The notes under the pieces are model-generated. The model searched no databases. It saw nothing but the letters and a program-made list of their open reading frames with translations, and was not told the DNA's origin. DNA of 64,000 nt from Trichoplax adhaerens (lineage: Eukaryota > Animalia > Placozoa), in NCBI RefSeq assembly GCF_000150275.1, contig NW_002060949.1:1609836-1673835 (forward strand). The letters run 5' to 3'. Of the stretch, positions 24,500 through 38,100 are shown piece after piece. Numbering within the stretch: position 1 is the stretch's first letter; each line of letters starts with the position of its first letter. A program made the position numbers and the translations under genes.

Positions 24500-27400
24500 A
24501 TGTCCGACTTGGTTCAATTGAAACAAATTTTAGAAAATGTCGTGGTTAGTAGGCTGATGTACAATGTATAGAGTTATACGTGTTGAAATTATAATGCTTT
24601 GCTATAATAAGAAAAGGAAACTTTAGGCGGTATTGCCAGCGAATTGATAGTAGTGTAATGGATTAGATTTGATGATAGCCATGGTTGGAATACATTCTAG
24701 TCGTCATAGAAGAGTGTTTTACCTTGTAAATTAATTTTATTTATGAATTGGTTGGTATCTTTTTGCCGTTTTAAACACTTCTGCACCATTTTAATCTATA
24801 AACAGTATAGAAGGGATTTCTTCATGTCGTAATGACTACAGTGATATTGGTATTAGTTTTTCGATAGCAAGAGTAGAGGTACATTTTTAGTACTGTACTG
24901 TACATTGATCCAGTGGATCTATTTACAATGCTAATCACAGATTGTAGAAAAGGAGATACATATTGGGACATAGTTAATCATCATAATAAAACATTTTTAA
25001 TTGATTGAATTATATTAGGGAATTGGCAACGGTAGTGAAGGTGCATCAGATGTGTAAGTATTGAAAATATAGCAATGTAACTAAACCTATTCATGATCAA
25101 TTTGGCTGAATGAAATATCTGCTGATTGTTGGATATAAAAATAAACGTTTATCTGTACCTTCCTAACCTTTGCGATAAATCGATCCAGATATCAGCTTAT
25201 CCAAGTTATTAAGTTAGCACACAATGTTATAGTCATATCATTCTTCAAACGAGTGCTTTATTACTGTATATTGCTCTAATTCTTTACGCTGATAATAGCA
25301 TGAGAACTTGCTGCTGTATCTTTAGTTTAGAAATGATCAATTTTTCAAAAGCACTCACTAAACCTCAACATTAACTTTCTGCATACATCATTCAGCATCA
25401 AAGCAATTATAATGCAAAATGGAGAAATTCAATTGATATGATAACTAAAATATTTTTAGTGCATAGTAACAAAATCTTTCTGTAATATTTATGTATGGTT
25501 ACACTTTATCAAGTTAATCGACCTAAGCTATTCATTGATTTCAGTTCGGAATAATATTATGACTGACTATACATTGGATTAGTTGATAATAATTATAACT
25601 AATATTTGCTTACATAAGCTACATTACAATATTTAGAACTTTGAAGAAAGTATCAAAAAGACTGTTAAATAGTAGTATTGGAAGATTGACTGTATTAGTA
25701 CATATGATATTAAATGATAATCATAAATTAATATCTGCTACTCTGCTTTGTAGAATAATCCGTATTCAAAAATTTTGAAAGCTACAGAAAGTAATTATTA
25801 TACTCTATCTATATCTTATTAATTATAAAATCTTCCATTTATCTAGAGGAATACTATTGACAGACATTACTGATCAAAATGGCAATCACTCGATATCACC
25901 TGTTGGCAATGGTAACATCTTTAAGGCTTTCTTCAATTATTGGCAGCATTCGCCTCAGGTCAATAATGTAATGCACTTCTAATAATAATATGCTATGGTA
26001 TCATCGTAATTCAATAAGCAAACAGTGTATAGAACTGTTGATGTGGTCTCGTAGGTAGTATGCATATACATATCTTATATATATCAGTATTTTTATAAAG
26101 AGCATTATGCTTTAGAGATGGGTATAATTAGCCACCATAATGTTGCTATAAATAAATAGCGTAAACTACTAAACTACCTTTTTCTAATTTACACTCAATA
26201 CCCTACAGGAATCCGATAAAGAACGTATGGAATTTATTGTCAATTATATTTATTCCAACGCCAATTTTCACCAAATGGATGCTTATTTCCAATTAATGGT
26301 GACCGCGATTGATAAGGGAGTTATTCCGGCTAGGTTAGAAATTATACGCATTGCATTAATAAAAAAATAAATCACTGTAGTACAAATCGTCTGTATCGAG
26401 TATATTATCGTGTATCATTTGGAGTAATTTTTAAAGGATAGTCAGTCCTTCAATGTATATATTATAAATCTAGCTGATTATGAAAGTGTAGCTGCAATGG
26501 CGGCAACATAATAAATCTTTAGATAAATAATAATATCCTCCACCTTTTTAATTAATAGGTCTAATAGACCGATAGTGCTATTATTTTAACGATATTATAA
26601 TCAAATTATGTCGAAATCGTTAGTCCAAATTTTTGTTGTGTCTATGATACTTATAAATATTATGCCTGGATCTGTTCAATGATAGGGTTGTATGTGAGAC
26701 TTTACTATCAACTCCTCTTCTTCGCTGCAATAATGATGGATATTGGAAAAATACGTTCCAATTAATCCGTGAGGTTATACGTGGTGTTGATTATAAGGTT
26801 CGTTAAATTAGATGATTAAATCATATTATACTATATAAGTATAGTTTACTGTCTTCCTTTACATATGATTACTTATCTTCTGCTTAATTTTTTTCTAATT
26901 ATTAATTTAGTGTAGTTTTGTTAACGTAGTAATAGCTAGAATAGCAGTGAAATAATAAAAATGTGGTAAAAGTATCTTTGGTTGTGTTAAATTTCATTAA
27001 AGTAATAAAACTTCTATGTATAGTGTTGTCGTGATCTATTGAAAATAATCCTTGCTAAGATCTGTCAAGTTGAAAGTATAGAAAATAGAACCCAATTGCA
27101 CTTGTTTCACTACGCTGTCAGGGTAAATTTTTTTCAATTAAATACTGAAAATTTGATAGTAATGCATTCTATTGCTATCATATGTAATTTTTAAATCTTT
27201 GAATACAGGTCTTGGAATATATCCTTGATCGCGATACTTGTATATTACCTGCGTATCTATCGGTTAATGAGGTACGAATGATATCGCTATCAATGGCTTT
27301 TATGAAGTATTTGATAATATTTGTTGTCTAATTTTATTGCTGCAGGTTATGGCTATTAGCCTCGATGTATTCCCACAAGACTGGGTATTAAATTAATTAA

Positions 27401-30400
27401 GACGTTAACCAAGTGTTAATTTAAGCTCAATTGATTAGGCCTAAATTGATGAGTGTATAAACTAGGACTTTCTCTTAACAGTTATTGACAGAAGTTATAA
27501 CAAGATTCATTAATTCTTTCGAAGGATTAGCAACGATCTTGACCGAATCAGGTTCTTTAAATATCAAATCTTGCAACATATTGAAACTGTTAAGCAATGA
27601 CATGCAAAATGATACTAATTAGCTAATAATTTATTCCGCTGTATGGCAATTACTGTACTATCTAAGGCTAAAACAATTATCCTATGCTATTTGAAGGTCG
27701 GCCATATTTACGTCCAGTTGTCGGTTACGTTGGAGTATTAAATAGTATGTGGAAGTTAAATCCAGGAAATTTGAAGTACGTCATTAAAGAAAGAATACCA
27801 TACGACGCGGTAAGTAATTGTTAATGACTTAAGTAGCATGTATAAAATAGTATGCGTTGTTTTATTTTAACCTTTCTGGTATGTTGAATGAGTTACTTAC
27901 TTTATCTTTGGAACAGGAATATCTCATGCCACAACGTGAATTACTTCGATATTTGCTATTACAACCCTATTCGCGTGAAATTATGCAGAATGTTCTCAGT
28001 GTCAGTAAAGGGGTAAGGAATAACGCAAGGATTTTGATACGATCAATTGTTATCCAAGCATTTCCTTTCGTAACTGTTTTCCTAGTTAATATGGTAACAC
28101 TTTATTCATCAATTATATTTTATTCTTACTACTTTGATAATTATTGAAGACTTTCGATCCAAAGTTACAAAATAAATGTCAGTGGCCGCTCGTTGAGGAA
28201 GTTTTTGTTGATGTATTAATTACTGCCATGAGAGAATCAGATGATAGCGAAAAATCTAAAATTCTATGGCAACATTTAACTTCACAGTTACTGCATTACA
28301 TATTTTTTGTGCATTCCATAAGCCTGAAAGAGTTGGTAAAATCATTACTCGATAAGGTGTGCGAAGATTATTATAGTTAATGTCAATTTTTTCTGATAAT
28401 AATAATTAATATTGCGTTTTTACGTCACAGTTATATGAAATAAATTTACGTCGAGGAAGAGATTACTTGATGTGGACGATGTTGCATTGTACATGCCTAG
28501 TTATTCAGAAACAATCTGTTAGTAAATTCGAATGAATTAGATTATATTAGTTGCAAATTATATGATATTTCCTTCATGATTCTTTTTTCTAAAATACATA
28601 TCTGGTTTACAGCTTGATGAATTCATTATTTTGATACAATTATTCGAATTTTTATATCCTGAGAAACGGGTGAGTTAACAATCTAGATTATTTTTAGGCC
28701 AAGATTATTACCTTATTATTGATGATCTTTGGTTAAAATTAAAATTATATTTAGCCGTTGCCTATTCCTGATTGCTCTAAACCAACTTCTGTACAAGCGC
28801 TTGCTACGGCTTGTATCTGGATACAATTATCTAAGAAGGTTCTTTTAAATTTAAAAATTGTTAGAGTTTTAGTGTAGCCAATCAATTCGTAATTGGTGTT
28901 ACTTTTACAGGCGGAATTGACTAAACAGAACTTGGGACCTGTACCAGAAGCGTTATCAGAGCAATTAAAGTATGTTAATAGATTCAGTAATTAATTTTTT
29001 ATCCAAAATTAGAGCCGAGAAACTATTAATTATCTAACATAAACGCTTTTCATAATAAAAGGTGGTTTATTTTTTATTTTTATCTATCGGACAGATTTAT
29101 AGAGGACTGCTTCAATAAGCATCTAACTACGATCGATTATCATATCGCAATCGTCTGCAATGCATGTATGGAACAATCTATTATTGTTGTCCTACTTTCC
29201 AAATTATTTGAGAATATTTTATGTGATTGTACACGAGGATTTTTCTATTATTAATATTTCATAACGTCTTTCTTAATTGGTCAAAAAAATTTAGATAGCA
29301 TAAACTCTGATACCCAATTTGTTGCTACCAATGTTATCTTGGATGCTTGCCTTGGTAACGGGAAGACTAAGGTGGCACTGCCGGGCTTAAATTGCGTTGC
29401 ATCGGGAGCTACTGTACCGATATCTTCTTCATTACTAGATTCTCTTAGTGTACACGTTAAAAGCAGGTTGTGTTATTGATATCCCAATTTCCTTATTTGT
29501 ATACGCTTAATTTGTAAATTTTAAACTAACGATTGGCTGCCAAACAAAATTTTAGCTTCATTTATAAGGTTGTAAACCGAATTTCGAAAATGGCGTCTAC
29601 TCAAGCTCCCTTAAATCTGTCACCAGCCGTGGTTGAGACGTATAGCAGAATACTAATATGTAATGAGGTTGAACTTTTTGGTATCAAACAATTTGTTGGT
29701 AAGTTTATCGTAATCTTACGTAGTATTTGATGATTATCGCTAATCAATGACTTATATTCATTTGATATCGCCATAGGTCAGCTATTCTTACAAATAGTGA
29801 AATCAAATGCTTGGAACTTTCTTCATGCCATGTTAGAGATCCTTAGTTACCGATTACATCATATTCAAGCCCACTATAGGTTTCAGTTATTACCACATAT
29901 ATATACATTATCTGGGATGTCACAAACCAATACGCAACAACTACAGTTGAGGTAAAAATAATATTGTACAGTATTGATTGTAAAGTATACACTGACATGA
30001 CTAATGTTATGATATCATCAAACCATACAGCATTGAAAATTCTGCGTTGCGGTTAATCTCCGGTTTAAGCAGCTGTGATGTATATCCGGAACTTTCACGT
30101 TCTCCAAATCCTGAACAGGTGGATTGTTAATGCTGTCATATTAACGCAATCTTTCTGGATAGGATAGAATAACAATCGTGCTAAATTCTGTGATATATCT
30201 TTATTTTGCTAACGCTGGAACTAGTTACTATCTCAAGAAAGTGAAGAATTGAATAAAGCATTTGTTTTAATGCTTGCAAGAGCTATGCATGTAACAGGTA
30301 AGGGACTGTAACAATATAACAACCAAGATTGCTTTGATGTCTGAGTTTGAATTAAATTGATTTTGTAGGACTAGAATCTCCCTATGGGAATTGGCTTGAA

Positions 30401-33400
30401 AATATCTTACGACAAATAATGGAAGCAACTCCGCATTGGTAGATCTTTATCGCGAATGAATTGATTTATAACTAGTATCATCTTATAATACTTCCAGCTT
30501 CACATTTTTAATTATACTGTACCTCTACTCTTAGCTGGCCAAGCCATACACTGCAGTGTTTCCCTGCTCCATTTAAGACGTTTTATAATACCCATCGCCA
30601 TACACCAGACAGTAAAGCTACGTTGCGAACAAAAGTTGATGAAGAATATAGGACCTGGAAATGTAAGCGTCGTAATTTCATGTCGCTGACAACTAATCAG
30701 TATAGTGTATGAATGTGATGGTTTAAACTTAACTTATAATTAATTATTATTAGCAATGGGAGAGAACGAGACCGTAAATTATTTCACTCAGCAGAATACA
30801 TCAAATGTGTTTTTATGGTAGGTAAAATTGATCTGCTGTGTAAATGCTTCATTATTACATGCTGCCGATTTTATATATCCATTAACTTCAATGCTATGTT
30901 TAATAAAAGAGTTAAAACATGACTTATACTTTTATTTTAGTGTCATGTGGAGGCTGCTATTGGAAACTAATCGCTTAAGTTCAGTTTGCTATCGGTAAGT
31001 TCATTATTTAAGTAATTTACGGTCATATACAGCATTATTGATACGTTAATATCTATTTTTATGTGTCAATTAGAATCCTCGAAAGAATTGGCGCCAAAAG
31101 ATGGTCAAGTCATATTCGGGTTTTTGCTGACTTTATTGTATATGAGTTCTCGAGTGCTGCCGGATCTAGGCATGCTAGCAAAGTAATGGCTTACCACTGT
31201 CTGTAATTAGGTTTTCTCACCTTAATAACCAACATTAACGGAAGCGATTTTTACTAATTATTTCCTGTAGTGCATCCAAATATTAAATGATTTAATATGG
31301 AAGTACAATGTTGTTACACTGGATCGCCTGATTTTGTACTTGGTAATGTAAAACTATTTCAAATCTATAGATATAGCAGTCTTATCAGGTTTAAATACTG
31401 ATTATTTAATAACTTGGTTACAACTGAAGGCTCTCCGCAGTCATGAAGGAAATGAAGCTCAAGTTTGTTTCTTTATCATACAATTACTCTTACTGAAACC
31501 TGCTGAATTTAGAACAAGAGTAAATAGCTTTGTTAGAGATGTAAGTATTTATCTGTTATAGTTTATAAATATTAGTGTCGTATAGATTAATTTGTATCAT
31601 GCTGCAGATTTAAGTTTGAAATCTAAGATTCTCCAACTGAATTTGCAGAATTCTCCGTGCCATTGGAAACAAAATGACTATTATGAGAAGCACATGAATT
31701 ACCACCGCGTATGTCTTATTGTCATAAATTTGTGAAGAACAAGTTTTCGAATTTACTCACTGGATTTACTTGAATTGGTTTTTTTACTACAGAGATGGAC
31801 AGAAAAATTTTACTTTGAAGGATTGCAAGAGCTATCGCAAAGTTTGCCTACTTCTGTCAACCACTATTTACCCATTTATTTTGGAAATGTTTGCTTACGT
31901 TTCATTCCGGTAAATCTGATCCTATACTATGTACGGTCTGTGCGCCCTTCTATTTATTAATAGGTTAAAAAATTTTTATTTAGGTATTAGATATCGTTAT
32001 TCATCGCTTTATTGAAATGCCGCCTGTATCTAAAAGTTTGGAAACAGTTCTTGATCATTTAGGCTGTCTTTATAAATTTCACGGTAAGCTTAAACTTGGT
32101 ACTACTATAGATTATTTGTTTCTGTAGTAAGCATATTTAGTTTGTAACATAAAATACGTATTTTAACGAATATGCTTCTATATTGTGATATAGATCGACC
32201 AATTACTTATTTATATGATACCCTGCATTATTATGAGAAACATTTGATTAACTATCCGCAAATTAAGAAAAAGCTAGTTGGAACAATAACTGGTAATTTC
32301 CATAAATATACGATACAATTTTTATTACTGTAATTAAATGAGTATGCTATAGCTATTTCTCCCATTAGTATAGTTGATAAATAGATATATGAAAATATAA
32401 CATGAGCTCTGATATCGTTTCAATAAACAGCTACTGAACGTTCTATCTACCGCTACATTTGTAACCATTACGATTAATAAGTAAAATAAACATATTTTGT
32501 TTATTTAAGGTGCTCAGCGAGATATTCATGCAATTGGATGGTATGTATAGTATTCAAATATTTTATGCTGAAGTACTTGCTTTATTAAATTATTGAGTTA
32601 AAAATATTTCTTCATTCTAATGTTCAAGTTGTTATTATTTTTATTGCTTAGGTATTTATCGGATGGTTTTCAGAGTTATTTAAGCCACGTTGAGGAGCCT
32701 GACAGAGAACCATGGAAGCCGACAAAAACTTATTACCAGGACCTTGTGCGAAGACTTATTAATGATATCCTATTAAATCCTACATTAGTTATCAAGTGCT
32801 GTATAAGCGTTGGTGATACATTAAATTATAATGGCTTAATTGTTTTTTTATATATGTGTGCATGCCCTTAACCTTTGATAACTATCGATGGTAAAGAATC
32901 TCAGTCTATAGATTGCGATTGGCGGTTTAACGAGTTTGCTAACGCTGCATCTCATTTTCTGTACACATCATGCGTTGAGTTGCTGGCTCTTCCGGTCACT
33001 GGTCAGGATGTTGGTAGAGCCTTATTTGATCTTGCTCCCTTGAAGTACGTTCTGTGATATTAATGAAGTTATTAATAATAATGCAGTTATAATAAAAATG
33101 ACTAAGTAGTAATTTAAAACATTTTTATCTTTATAGCGAAAGCTTTGAAGCTCGTTCTTCAATTATGTCGTGGATTAATGCTGTGGCATTAATATTAGTT
33201 TCGTTACCGGTAAAAATGCATAATTATAGATTTTCTATTTCCACAGTATATAATGTTTCATCAATCACGAATTGGTTATAGATAGTTGTGAGATATTTAA
33301 TTTTTCTTAAAATTATTAACGCACAGGAGACATATTGGAATGTAGTATATGAAAAAGTCTTAGAAATTTTGAAGACCGCAACGCCAACTAATAGTGGCAA

Positions 33401-34278
33401 GAGGAAATTTCATTCGGCCTTTGTTGATAACTTTACTTATAATCAAACCAAATATAATTTCTTACACCATCACCGATTTATGTCGGAAAGCTATCCGAGT
33501 TACGTTTTAGCAATGGCACACGCTATTTGGCATCATTCCAGTATTGGCCAACTAACGTTAATGTTACGGTATATATTAAACGAAAGTTTTCATAATAGTA
33601 TGAAATAATATTGAATCTATATTTCTATTTAATTCATAGGTTAAGTTTTATTGAGATTTCTGTACTTTATGACGTAATCTATATCCTGCTAGGTTTCTCA
33701 AAGATAAAGTAAAGCCTATTATTCAAACAGAAGAACAGTTTATACTTGTTTGTCATTTAGTGGGACCATTTTTACCAAGATTTCACTTAGAACGGACTCG
33801 TAGTCTATTAAAAGTAATGCTTGAAATTTGCCGATTATATTCGCGTAGCTGCCCTTTAGTACAATATAACATCTAATTGATCGGTTGATGCAAGTAACAA
33901 AACATTGTATAATTCGATATATTCTAGGTTGTAGTCGATCTATACGAAATGTTATTGATCGTGGATCAAACGTCGCCCACTATGAATTACGTGGATACCA
34001 TTTGTGACTTTTTGTATCCTCTTTTCATGTCTTACATCACAATTTGCTTTTATAGATGTAAAACTCTCTTTCATTCATTTTATGTTTTCGAGTAATTCCT
34101 TAACAGTGCTTTAATTTCCAGCTATCATATTAAATACATGTTTGTTGGAGATAGTTTAAAAGAAGAAGTTGACAAAATTATCCCGAAGCTTTCTTCACCT
34201 CTAAGGCTGCGACTTAGGTTTATGACAACTCAGCAAGTTGGTGATAAACAATCTCTGAATGTAGAATGGTCACATTAG
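24500..34278 (+). CDS. MED23: Mediator of RNA polymerase II transcription subunit 23, many exons
   Basis: Exon 1 24500-24544 (MSDLVQLKQILENVV), then IREVIRGVDYKCCRDLL, LEYILDRDTCILPAY, LLRYLLLQPYSRE, LWQHLTSQLLHY, RGRDYLMW, PAVVETYSRIL, YLPIYFGNVCLRFIPVLDIVIHRF, YKFHDRPITYLYDTLHYYE, DWRFNEFANAASHFLYTSCVELLAL, AHAIWHHSSIGQL, CHLVGPFLPRFHLER, ICDFFYHIKYMFVGD; TAG at 34276-34278. These are characteristic MED23 blocks. Confidence 0.96.
32765..32881 (+). other. U12-type (minor spliceosome) intron in MED23, AT...AA (or AT...AC) termini
   Basis: 5' site G|ATATCCTA, branch site CCCTTAAC at 32865-32872, no usable GT-AG pair. Removing 32765-32881 joins RRLIN-A-IDGK...DWRFNEF in frame. Confidence 0.85.
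34014..34121 (+). other. U12-type GT-AG intron in MED23
   Basis: 5' site GTATCCTC, perfect branch site TTCCTTAAC at 34096-34104, CAG acceptor; joins ICDF-F-YHIKYMF in frame. Confidence 0.9.
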
Positions 34279-35116
34279 ATATTCCTACTAAATATTTAAA
34301 TATTGGTTTCTTTGGTAAGATGTAATAATTTTTAATTTAATTTTTTCTGATGTTAAAATGATGTACAGACTTATAACATCGGTTTCTACGGTAGCAATTA
34401 CGTATAGCCAACGTCAATTCTACTGTAGTAATCATTCATCACACCTATTTGAAACGATTTACATATTAGAATAATCCGACTTGAGATTTCTTTTCGACTT
34501 ATTATGATTTACGATCGGCTAGATTTTATTAAAAGTTTATTAAACTATTTAGAAATCATTGATGTATCATCATATTCTTCAATTGCTTTAACATATGTCA
34601 TTTGTCCTGTTTCAACATCGAAATTGCCCAATTGTAACTCTAATATCATAGAGCTCGTCGTTACCGATGTAATTATAAGATTATAAATAAATGTTTATCA
34701 AAATGCTTACATCTGATCTATGCATTTGTGGCAATAGAGTATGCATCGTCGAGAAAGTTCCTTTGTTTAATATAGCTGTTCTTATTTGGAATGTTTATCA
34801 AATTAAATTTATATTAACATCGCTTTCTCTACTCTTTAATCATGAGATTTATACTTGATCATCGAATAACTACTGAATTCGACAACGATATCCTTGGTGT
34901 AATTAGTTACGCAGTACATTTCTATCATGCAGTATTGATGTCGTATTTTAATAGGTAATATGCACATTTAAAATAGCAATTTTAGTTATAAAGATTTTTC
35001 ATAATTTATAATTTTGATTACGATCATCATCACATTATCGAGTTAGAATTTGCTTTATCTTGTTTATCTTCAATTAGCAATCAGAAACGAACTTGTTTCA
35101 TAGTCGGATAAAGCTT

Positions 35117-38100
35117 CTATAGAACATCTAGTGACTTTACGTCGATTTGAGATTCTTCGCAATGTTTCTGCATCTAAGGATCACAAAAAACGATCTTATT
35201 AAAATTTATGGAATTTTAATGTTCTGAGGGTGCTGATGCATTAGATGGATAACGAATTTAAGGTAGAGTTTGCAACGCGTTTTATTCAGTCGGGGCTGTA
35301 CAGAATTTAGCACTCACCACATCAACGAACTTTTGCAGTTCGAGATAGTCACTGGACAGATCCAAAGCTGTTTCTATTTTCTGCATAACATCAGCATTTA
35401 TTGATACTTTCATGAAATACGTTTTCAGATCTTGACTAAGGATTCGATTTCCTATTTACGAATAATTAGATTTTAGCGTTTACGAAATGTCAGATGGGTA
35501 AAGATTAATAAGAATTGGTACTTAAGCCACTGTCTTACCTTCTAATGTGCATAATTTCTTTCCTATACCCAGCAATTGATTTCGAATTTCGTCAGAATCA
35601 TTATCGCTTCCATCGTTTTCGCTGTCTGAAATATCTTTAGGATGGAATTCATATGAGACGTAATTTCTTTCATTATCTTTTATTGAGTCGCTACGATCAT
35701 GTTTCAAATTATCTTCGTTTGCATTTATTACATCATTTTGGTCACTTTCCTTTAATTTTGAACCGTCATGATCAGCTTGATTGTTGTTTAATTTTTCTTC
35801 ATTATTATTAATATTATCGTCATTCGATATGGATTGTTGAGGGCTCTTATCATCATTATTATTATTATTTAAATCTCCTTCACTTCCCCTTCTACTACTT
35901 GATTGATCTTGAGAGCTACTTTGAAGAGTGAATGTTATGGGTTTATGATTATCGTCCAAAACTACCACTGATTTGAAAGGTAATTTAATTTTGCTATCAC
36001 ACATAACAGTTAAGACCTTCAAGGAACGTAAGGATATAGCTTCAATTATGTACTCGTACTGATCGTTGGCAATGTCACTCTTACGTTTTTTTAATATTCG
36101 GTCACCGGTATCGCCGTGATCACCCGTTAAATTAAAGAGTAGTCTGTCGTCCAGTATTGGATCAATTTCGATTGGCAGCTTAATTTGGTATCGAACGGCT
36201 GGCAGTGGATCTCCATTAGGACTATCAACGGCAAACTCGCGGATAATTTCACCATCATCCTCAACGGATGACAGCCAACGATTACAGCTAAAGACATATT
36301 CCTTATGTTGCACCTTAATTGTAACTTTTTCTGGTAACCATCCGTCATTTTTATTTTGACTATCGTGCGTTAAACGTATCTTATACAGAGCACCAATATC
36401 AGGAAGTTGAAGTTTAAATGTAGCAACTTGAGATGGCTGAAAGAGATCACTATGATTTCCATCTTGCAACAGCATTTCATTAGTCTTGCTATTGTTACCA
36501 TAAATAACTAACTTAATTTTAGCTTCTGTACCAGAAACACTATTTGTACTGGTTTGAATGATAATGCTGTCTTCACAAAGAAATTCTCTTGTAAACGGAT
36601 TATCGGCTTCTGTTTCCTTAATTTTGAGTATTATCGGAGATTCATTTCCCAATTCTTTAATGGTGATCTTAGTAATGGGCCAATTGGCTAGTATATCAGA
36701 TGATGTAGAATCCATTAAACGTAAAACTACCTTATCAATTTCACCAATAGATGCTGCTTTAAACATATCTTCTCCTAAGATATCTGTGTCCTTATCATTA
36801 TTATCGTGATTGCCGATCATGATTTTCCTTTCACCACTATCACTAATCTTTCCAAAAATATTCAAATAAAGATACTCCAGGCTAAATTGGTCAGCCTCAC
36901 TCTTTTCAGTATCTTTTTGGTGGATAGTGCCATGAATTGCAATGTCATATAGTTTAATTTGATAGTCATCTTTGTCATCTACAGCAATTGTTACCTCTCG
37001 GACGACATCAGTTTCGCTAAACATTTGCTGCAGCGGTGGTTGGCTAAAATTGGCCGTATATTCATCTTCGGTAGCTAAATTTTGAATTTGAAACGTCTTT
37101 AGTTGCCAGTAATTGGCCTTCAGTTGCCCATTGTCTTGCCCATCAAGGCGAATTTTAAATAAATCTCCTAAGTAGCCAGTTTCTATTCTGAAAATAGATT
37201 CTTTATCAGATTCCTTAAATAGATTGTTCTCATCCAGGTCAATCTTTTCCGACCGGCCATGATCACCATAGCATGTTATAGAATAATTCTGTTGAGATTG
37301 ACTCTCTGATATTAAGTCATTTAACTCAGTCTTTATTAAGCATATTCCTTCTCTGAGATATGTTTGGACGTGCTGTCGTTCATGATCGACGGATTTTTTC
37401 TTTCTCAATGTTTCAATAAAGTCATTATTACCAGATATTGTAAGGCATATTTTATCGATATTTAATTGTAAATCTTCCACGTCATCACATTCAATATTAA
37501 TCCGGTCTAATTGGCCGACATCAATAGCTTTGAGATGGAATCGTATTTGGTGATTTTTGTAGTCGATGAGTTGAGATTTTTCTATATTCAAGGCGACAAA
37601 TCCCTCTTCGTCACAGAGTATGAAGGGTCTTTTACCCGAGTCACCTTGGTCACCAATTATAGTAATATACTTCATTTGACCTATAATGTCTGCATTTGCA
37701 TTCTTTGAGATATAAATAGTAATAATATAGTCTACGACTGCGGGAAGATTTTTCGCTGATTCTTTAAATCCTACAGGTAGTTCACCAATAACTTGACACG
37801 CATGTTGAACATTAGATAGCCAACAATCCATGTCATATCTGGATTCTTCATTAGTTGCTATATTAGTAAGAGATACACCATGAATGTGCCATTGAAAATG
37901 CGATTGAATGGCATCACAACAAATTTGCATTTTATATACTTTTCCGAGATTTCCAGTTATAACCTGGAATTCAGCTTCATTGCCTGCTTTAAATGTTGAT
38001 GGATTTAAAGTTCCTAGAGCTAACGGTTCTGAAGTTTTAATATCTCCGTATAATAAGATTGAAACATCTGAGTTGCTTATTTGGTCTAAAATCAAGTCGT

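Noticed and set aside
24806-25053. Exon-like pieces in MED23 intron 1
   Set aside because: Phase-incompatible with exon 1 and no MED23 similarity; exon 1 joins 25754 directly.
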